A DNA stretch of 64,000 nucleotides from Escherichia coli (lineage in GTDB: Bacteria > Pseudomonadota > Gammaproteobacteria > Enterobacterales > Enterobacteriaceae). Shown piece by piece: positions 47,803-55,400 of this stretch. The position numbers and the translations under genes were made by a program. The stretch lies in the NCBI RefSeq assembly GCF_024298765.1, contig NZ_CP101210.1; one strand, given 5' to 3'. Under the pieces are notes generated by a model. It was not told the DNA's origin. It searched no databases and saw nothing but the letters and a program-made list of their open reading frames with translations. Position 1 is the stretch's first letter; the number at the start of each line of letters is the position of its first letter.

Positions 47803-48940
47803 TTACGAAAGCCCGCACCCCGCAAGGACTGACGCCAGATAGTTTCTGTCCATGGCTGCTTTTCGCATCTTACGTCTTAACCCTGCCTTGAATACCTTAT
47901 CATTCGTCAAAATATTAATAGCGATGTGCCGTATCCCTGAAAATAATTCTGCTGCATTTCCTCTTCTTATTTTGCAGTCGTCTTCATTCATTACCACGTC
48001 CAGACGCCAGTGCAGCTTATTCTCCACGTGCCAGTGATTTCGGATCGCTGTGGCGAACTTTTCTGCGGTTAAATCAGCAGAACTGATATAATATCTGACC
48101 GTCATTTCTGGCTCTTTCTTTTGTTCTGCTATTATGGACCGAAAGGAGACTGCCACGCATAATTTCTTCAGTCCTTTCCATTCAAACGTGAAATCAATAA
48201 GTTCATCAGGGACATCACAAACAATATGAAGACGGGTTTCTTCTCTGCCGTGACTCTTTTCACTAATTGAGTAACTGTCGTGCTCTGGATTATTTAATTC
48301 TTTCAGCGGAAATTTTTCCTCAAAGGCTTTATTAAGCCGCCACCTGATTTCCTTTTACAGCGAATAAATAATCACCTCCCTGTTTTTGTATCTTCTCTGC
48401 AATATCTTTCTGGCAACTCATCGCATCAGTTGTGATGATTTTTCCTTTAATATCCAGCATGTTAAGAAGTTCAGGGATAGCTGTAATTTCATTGGATTTC
48501 TCATCCGTCCTGATCTGTCCGATGACCAGACTGTGCATTGTTGAGAACGCACTAATGACATGAATCGCTCCCCTGCGGCGACTCTTGTCATAAGAATGCC
48601 GGAGCGTTTTTCCATCAATTGCAATAACGTCTTTATCATCTGAAGAATGGCAGTCACGCATCCAGTTAATAAAGCACTCGTGAAATTTTGCAGGACTGAT
48701 ACAGGATACAACTCTGGCAATGGTATCGTGAACAGGAATACCATTTTCAAAATCACCATATTGCTTCAAAAAATCGAGATGTGTTTCCCCAAAATCCTCT
48801 ATATCTTCCCAGCCTTCTGCACCAGAAATAACGGCACAAATAGTCAACAGTAGAATATCCGACAATTTATGTTCCACTTTCCAGGCTTGTCTGTAATCGG
48901 GGACAATAGAAATATGTTCCATCAATTTTTTAAGTTCCAT
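47803..48940 (-). pseudogene. H-repeat (ISAs1-family) transposase pseudogene, copy 3 (frameshifted)
   Basis: Split into two ORFs (47803-48156 and 48332-48940) by a 1-bp insertion (aagccgccacctg versus aagccgcccctg in the intact copy). Confidence 0.85.
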
Positions 48941-49080
48941 TTTGTTCTCCTTAATTATGTAAGGAGTATTTGATCATGTATAAGCAATAAAAAACAGCTT
49001 TAGGTAATGAGGAATATCTCAAATCTTAAACATAAAATGCCAATTATTTAGTACAAAAAAGTAGCGTTACGTGATCTTTC

Positions 49081-49570
49081 CCTAAAACGCAGACCCAGTT
49101 GTGCATAGTACACATGGTACGCAACAGCCTGCGGTTCGTGACGTGGAAAGACTATAAAGCGGTAACCCGTGACCTGAAACAGGTTTACCGCGCGGCCACG
49201 GAAGAAGGCGTGTTGCAGGCGCTGGATGCGTTCGGGAAGGAATGGGATGCACGGTACCCGCAGATAAGTCGCAGCTGGCGGGCAAACTGACCGAATGTTG
49301 CCACCTTCTTCGTGTACCCGGAGGCGATCCGAAAGGTTATCTACACCACTAACGCAATCGAATCGCTGAATAGCGTCATCAGACATGCGATAAAGAAAAG
49401 GAAAGTGTTCCCGACAGATGAATCGGTGAAAAAAGTGGTGTGGCTGGCTATCCAGTCAGCCTCACAGAAATGGACGATGCCACTTCAGGACTAGCGGATA
49501 GCCATGAGTCGCTTTATTATCGAGTTCGGTGACCGCCTTGACGGTCACTTCTGAGAAAGGCATTTACACA
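49081..49570 (+). mobile_element. IS256-family (mutator-type) transposase gene remnant, 5'-truncated and frameshifted
   Basis: ORFs 49099-49290 and 49312-49494 encode the C-terminal part of an IS256-type transposase (...YPQISRSWRAN / IRKVIYTTNAIESLNSVIRHAIKKRKVFPTDESV...); begins abruptly at the shared leader sequence. Confidence 0.75.
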
Positions 49571-49619
49571 GAATGATGGACAGGCTCAACGGGAAGGCTA
49601 CATGCCTTCCCATTTTATA

Positions 49620-49946
49620 TTAATCACCCGGCTTCTCCCAACATTTTATCTTTTCTATTTCTCTCTCAATATCATCCATATCATCATCTCCAAGATCGGT
49701 ATTAAAATTTTCAGTAATAACCCTTCTTATTTCAGCCAACCGATGTGTAATATTTTTATCATCAATAAATTTAGTGGTTTCTTTAAAGTAAGAATTCAAC
49801 AATTTATCATCAATAACGTTCTGCTCTATACCATTGAAATAATACCTTGCAATATTCTTAAGTGATATCAATATGTACTCTACCTCACTTAGAATATAAA
49901 GGGCATCCTTCCCGGGTATATTAATTACATCATTGTTTTTATTCAT
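49620..49946 (-). CDS. Putative Rhs-toxin immunity protein (orphan cassette 3)
   Basis: 108-aa acidic low-GC ORF 1 nt downstream of the 601-aa orphan rhs. Confidence 0.6.
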   Translation of the reverse strand: MNKNNDVINIPGKDALYILSEVEYILISLKNIARYYFNGIEQNVIDDKLLNSYFKETTKFIDDKNITHRLAEIRRVITENFNTDLGDDDMDDIEREIEKIKCWEKPGD

Positions 49947-49947
49947 A

Positions 49948-51753
49948 TTATTTACGCCGAGTTATTTTTGCATTATCAGAAAGAACAATATCACCTTTCA
50001 CAGTCAATTCATCTATATGGTATCGAGGGTTTGTTACCCACTCTAATTGCTCGTTAGGTACATCTGTTTCCACATAATCTCTACCTTTCCCACGACCTAT
50101 TTGATATTTCGCCTCTATGTCTACTTGACTGAGTGGTTTTTTATTCGCAGGTTCCAAATATACACGACCGTTATCATGCGCCTTAATTATCCCACTTTCA
50201 GCAATCGCATTTGAACCTTTACGATTAGTATAATGCCGCACACGAGTAGTTCCATTACAGAGCTCTTTTTTTAATCCGAGTGGATCAATATATTTCAGCG
50301 GATTAGGCGCATAAGCATATAAGTTCAACCCACCCGCCAGCCCTATCGGATCCGTTACAATGAACCGCCCGACATCCGGATCATAGTACCTGTGCAGATT
50401 GTAATGCAGCCCTGTTTCCCTGTCGAGGTACTGTCCCTGGTAGCGCAGGTTCTGCTCCACCCTGCCGTGGTCCTTCTCCTGTATCGTGTTACCCCAGACC
50501 TGATACCCCGTCTCCCACACGATTTTCCCGTCACTGTCCGTCATCTCTTCCGGCGCGCCGTTCACATCCGTGTGAAAATACAGTATCCGGTTCGGGCCCT
50601 CTTTGCCCGCCTTATCCACCCGCGCCAGCGGTTCATAACTCCCCGGGTCCCTGTAGATGTACAGGCTGTCTGTTCCCTCCGGCCTGCTCTCCTGCGCCAG
50701 CCGCATTCCGTCCCATAAAAATGCCGTCCGGTTGTACGGTTTACCGTCAGGGCTGATGTGCTGTTTTTCCGTCCGCCTCCCCAGCGCATCGTACACATAC
50801 CGGTACGTTCCCCGCGCTGTCGTCACTTCCACCATCCGGTGTTCCGCATCATAACGGTAACTCTGCGTGCCGCTCCGCCCCTCCTTTTCCACCGCACGGC
50901 CAAATTCGTCGTAACGGTAGTGCACACCACGGTAAGACATCAGCCGGTTGAACGGCACCACGCTGTTTTCTGCCGTGGCCCTTTCCCCCGCGCGCCGCCC
51001 CAGCAGGTTTCCCGCCGCGTCGTACTGCCAGCTCGCCAGATACCCCTCATCCTCCGAGCGGCACGCCGTGATGCGCCCCGTGGGGTCGTAGAAGTAATCC
51101 GTTTCCCCCCGCCGGCTGTGCCGCGTCTTCAGCAGTTCATCCTCGCCACTGTAGCTGTACTGCCGGTCCGTGAACGTCTCCGGTACCACCCCGCGCATCC
51201 CGCTGTATGTCTCCCTGCGCTTCAGCCGCCCGGCGGGGTCGTAAAGCTGCCGCGTGCTCAGTCGCCCCTGACTTCTGAGCACTTCACGGTGCAGGGCGTC
51301 ACGAGTGAACTCGCTGATGACCTCCCGGTCCAGATTTATCTGCTGGAGATGGCCGCTGCCGTAGTACAGATGACGCTGCGTTCTGCCGTCCGGAAAGGTG
51401 GTGGCTGTCCGGTTGCTGAGTTCATCGTACTGATGGGTCAGGACGCCCTGCGCCGTCTCCTCAGTCAGCATCCGCCCCAGTCTGTCGTAACTGAAACGGA
51501 TAATCTCCGGTGCGTCTGTTTCCCCGGCATCCGACCGTCGGCGGCGGATTTCCAGTAACTGGTCTGCCGCATCATGGACGTATTCCGTACGGCTATCGGC
51601 TGTCTCCTTTGCCGTGAGCCGGCCCGCCGCATCACGTGCCAGCCGGTGGCGGATTTCACCGCCCCGGTCCCCGGTGAACACCACTTCCGTGACCGCGTTC
51701 AGCGCGTTGTAGCGGTACGTCTGGCGGCAGCCGTCGTGCTGCCAGCGCAGCAT
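49948..51753 (-). CDS. Orphan rhs fragment: about 480 aa of Rhs core plus a distinct C-terminal toxin domain
   Basis: YD-repeat core near-identical to the main rhs, then DPIGLAGG...DPLGL and a unique roughly 108-aa tail (KKELCNGTTRVRHYTNRKGSNAIAESGII...); rhs homology starts at DGCRQTYRY, so the track Met is fortuitous. Confidence 0.8.
   Translation of the reverse strand: MLRWQHDGCRQTYRYNALNAVTEVVFTGDRGGEIRHRLARDAAGRLTAKETADSRTEYVHDAADQLLEIRRRRSDAGETDAPEIIRFSYDRLGRMLTEETAQGVLTHQYDELSNRTATTFPDGRTQRHLYYGSGHLQQINLDREVISEFTRDALHREVLRSQGRLSTRQLYDPAGRLKRRETYSGMRGVVPETFTDRQYSYSGEDELLKTRHSRRGETDYFYDPTGRITACRSEDEGYLASWQYDAAGNLLGRRAGERATAENSVVPFNRLMSYRGVHYRYDEFGRAVEKEGRSGTQSYRYDAEHRMVEVTTARGTYRYVYDALGRRTEKQHISPDGKPYNRTAFLWDGMRLAQESRPEGTDSLYIYRDPGSYEPLARVDKAGKEGPNRILYFHTDVNGAPEEMTDSDGKIVWETGYQVWGNTIQEKDHGRVEQNLRYQGQYLDRETGLHYNLHRYYDPDVGRFIVTDPIGLAGGLNLYAYAPNPLKYIDPLGLKKELCNGTTRVRHYTNRKGSNAIAESGIIKAHDNGRVYLEPANKKPLSQVDIEAKYQIGRGKGRDYVETDVPNEQLEWVTNPRYHIDELTVKGDIVLSDNAKITRRK
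50362..51735. repeat. 1.37-kb direct repeat, copy A (orphan rhs core)
   Basis: Essentially identical to 52880-54253 (offset 2518 bp); the antisense track ORFs 50392-50718 and 50758-51558 recur identically at 52910-53236 and 53276-54076. Confidence 0.9.
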
Positions 51754-51774
51754 CTGCCCAACCGCAGCGACACG

Positions 51775-51978
51775 CCGGTGATCAAAATCAGCGCCAAATG
51801 GCTGAGAGAAGCGGGATTTGAGATCGGCACGGGCGTTACCGTGAAGATCTCGGAAGGCTGCCTGATCCTGCTTGCAGATAACAACGGAGTACAGGAACTG
51901 CGCAGGGAACTTTATCAGGTTAAACAGTCTGTTAAGGGGATGCGGAACGGGATGTTTAGTATGCTGAACGATAATTAA
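51775..51978 (+). pseudogene. SymE-like toxin gene 3' fragment
   Basis: Encodes ...IKISAKWLREAGFEIGTGVTVKISEGCLILLADNNGVQELRRELYQVKQSVKGMRNGMFSMLNDN; 5' part replaced by the orphan rhs junction. Confidence 0.7.
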
Positions 51979-52043
51979 ATAATAAAAAGCCGGGAAGATT
52001 TAATTTCTTACCCGGCTTTTGATAACTTAATAATATTATAATC

Positions 52044-52424
52044 CTAAATCAATCTTTTTTTTAATTCCCTTATTTCAGGAGTTAATGCAAAACTGTCTTC
52101 TAAAGATTCGTCATCCAAGGCCCAGTAATTAATAAGATCTATATGATTTTTATAATTATCAAGCAGAGTGTTGAGTGCTTTTACAATAACTTTATCTGAA
52201 GGAGGTACTCCAGAAGATAATAAATCATTACAGACATCAAGGGCTAAAGTCATTAATTCATTCTTCCCTTTTTGTGAGTAGCCATTATTTAAATATGCAG
52301 CAATATATTTACTTAACCACTCTTTAGTTCGATATTTTTCAGGCAGTTCATAAGCCCAATCTTGTGTAAACTTATCACTCACTGGTACACCAAGTTCACT
52401 ACAGATTTTATCTATTTCATTCAT
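52044..52424 (-). CDS. Putative immunity protein for the main Rhs toxin
   Basis: 126-aa low-GC ORF 18 nt downstream of the main rhs stop. Confidence 0.65.
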   Translation of the reverse strand: MNEIDKICSELGVPVSDKFTQDWAYELPEKYRTKEWLSKYIAAYLNNGYSQKGKNELMTLALDVCNDLLSSGVPPSDKVIVKALNTLLDNYKNHIDLINYWALDDESLEDSFALTPEIRELKKRLI

Positions 52425-52441
52425 ATATATCCTTCATTATT

Positions 52442-55400
52442 TTAGTTGTCGTGTGATGAATTGAATGGGAACGATGTACGTACAGAACCGTCGGGTTTTA
52501 CAACAACCCTTGCCATATCTGGAACTACCTCTGTCCCATCAGGTAAATAACCTCGACTTTTTATATTTGTAGGCAATGGCACATCATGCACACCTGGTCC
52601 TTTTTTGGCAACAGAAGCAATAAAATCAGCAGCAGAATTATCATCGAGATATTGTCCAACTTGATGACCTTTATTTCTGGCACGATCAATTAACTGATTT
52701 GGTTTCATTTTCTGTCCGTGTTCAGAAAAGGTGTGACCGTATGTAGGCTTACTTTTTGGATTTCCCCATTTGAAGTCAGATTTAGGACACAATCCAAGTG
52801 GGTCGATCCATGACAGTGGATTAGGTGCATACTGATATAAGTTTAACCCGCCTCTCAGCCCTATCGGGTCCGTTACCATGAACCGCCCGACATCCGGATC
52901 ATAGTACCTGTGCAGATTGTAATGCAGTCCCGTTTCCCTGTCGAGGTACTGTCCCTGGTAGCGCAGGTTCTGCGCCACCCCGCCGTGGTCCTTCTCCTGT
53001 ATCGTGTTACCCCAGACCTGATACCCCGTCTCCCACACGATTTTCCCGTCACTGTCCGTCATCTCTTCCGGCGCGCCGTTCACATCCGTGTGAAAATACA
53101 GTATCCGGTTCGGGCCCTCTTTGCCCGCCTTATCCACCCGCGCCAGCGGTTCATAACTCCCCGGGTCCCTGTAGATGTACAGGCTGTCTGTTCCCTCCGG
53201 CCTGCTCTCCTGCGCCAGCCGCATTCCGTCCCATAAAAATGCCGTCCGGTTGTACGGTTTACCGTCAGGGCTGATGTGCTGTTTTTCCGTCCGCCTCCCC
53301 AGCGCATCGTACACATACCGGTACGTTCCCCGCGCTGTCGTCACTTCCACCATCCGGTGTTCCGCATCATAACGGTAACTCTGCGTGCCGCTCCGCCCCT
53401 CCTTTTCCACCGCACGGCCAAATTCGTCGTAACGGTAGTGCACACCACGGTAAGACATCAGCCGGTTGAACGGCACCACGCTGTTTTCTGCCGTGGCCCT
53501 TTCCCCCGCGCGCCGCCCCAGCAGGTTTCCCGCCGCGTCGTACTGCCAGCTCGCCAGATACCCCTCATCCTCCGAGCGGCACGCCGTGATGCGCCCCGTG
53601 GGGTCGTAGAAGTAATCCGTTTCCCCCCGCCGGCTGTGCCGCGTCTTCAGCAGTTCATCCTCGCCACTGTAGCTGTACTGCCGGTCCGTGAACGTCTCCG
53701 GTACCACCCCGCGCATCCCGCTGTATGTCTCCCTGCGCTTCAGCCGCCCGGCGGGGTCGTAAAGCTGCCGCGTGCTCAGTCGCCCCTGACTTCTGAGCAC
53801 TTCACGGTGCAGGGCGTCACGAGTGAACTCGCTGATGACCTCCCGGTCCAGATTTATCTGCTGGAGATGGCCGCTGCCGTAGTACAGATGACGCTGCGTT
53901 CTGCCGTCCGGAAAGGTGGTGGCTGTCCGGTTGCTGAGTTCATCGTACTGATGGGTCAGGACGCCCTGCGCCGTCTCCTCAGTCAGCATCCGCCCCAGTC
54001 TGTCGTAACTGAAACGGATAATCTCCGGTGCGTCTGTTTCCCCGGCATCCGACCGTCGGCGGCGGATTTCCAGTAACTGGTCTGCCGCATCATGGACGTA
54101 TTCCGTACGGCTATCGGCTGTCTCCTTTGCCGTGAGCCGGCCCGCCGCATCACGTGCCAGCCGGTGGCGGATTTCACCGCCCCGGTCCCCGGTGAACACC
54201 ACTTCCGTGACCGCGTTCAGCGCGTTGTAGCGGTACGTCTGGCGGCAGCCGTCCGGATTTATCTGCTCCGCCAGACGGTCCAGCACGTCATGGCGGAACC
54301 GGTAGCTTTCTCCGTTCTCGTTTGTCAGCGTGACCAGACGCCCGTAAGCATCGTACCCGAACGCCGTCCTGCGCCCCGTCGCGTCTGTCCGGCTGCGCAC
54401 CCGGCCCTGCCCGTCCCGCTGCCAGCGCGTTATCCTCCCCATCGGGCTGGTGTACTTCACCAGCCTGCCCGCCGCGTCCGACTGGTAATTCACCGTGCGG
54501 CCGTCCGCCAGTATCACCTCCGTCAGGTGGCCGCTGTCGTCATACCCGTAGCGCGTGCTGTGGCTCTGCGCGTCTGTCATCCGTATCAGCCGCGTGCGTT
54601 CGTCGTAGAACCAGGCCGTCTGCGAGCCGGAACAGTCCGTGTGCCGCATGAGCTGCCCGTCTTCGTTCCACTGAAGGTATTTATTCCCCCCGCGCGCATC
54701 GGTTATCTGCACCACCTGGCCGTGGCGGTCATACTGATACCGGGTGTTCTGCTGCAGCGGGTCGGTCACCGCAAGAAGATTGCCGCGTTCATCGTACTCA
54801 CAGCACCAGCTGTTCCCCGCCGCGTCCACCTCCGTTTCCGGCTGGTGCCACACCGGGTGCCACTGTGTCTGTGCCACCCGCCCCAGCGGGTCGTGCGTCT
54901 CCGTGATATGCCCCTGCCGGTCATACACATAGCGCCATTTGCCGCCCTGCGCATCGGTCATTCCCAGTAACAGCCGTTCTTCGTCGCTCCAGCGGAACGT
55001 CGTCACCTGCCCGGCTTCGTCCTGGTACGCCGTCACCTGATTCTGCGCGTCCCACTGATGATAACGCGTGCGCCCCAGCCCGTCCGTCACGCACAGCCTG
55101 CGTGACGCCAGGCTCCACGCCAGCCGGTACTGTTCACCGCTGTCCGTGTGGTGCCCCGTCACCCGCCACGCTGCGTCATCCGGGCCTTCATACCAGCTCC
55201 ACTGGTAATAATACCCTTCGCCGCCCGGCTGGCGGTGCAGGGTCATGCAGTGGTTTTCGTCGTAAGCAAACTCGCGCAGCAGGTGTCCCGTGCTGTCGTA
55301 CACGCCGTTCAGGTCGCCGGCCTCGTCATAGCGGTAACGACGCAGCAGTAAAGGAGCCGTCTCAGGGAAATGCTGATAAATCTGTGTCACCCGCCGGGGA

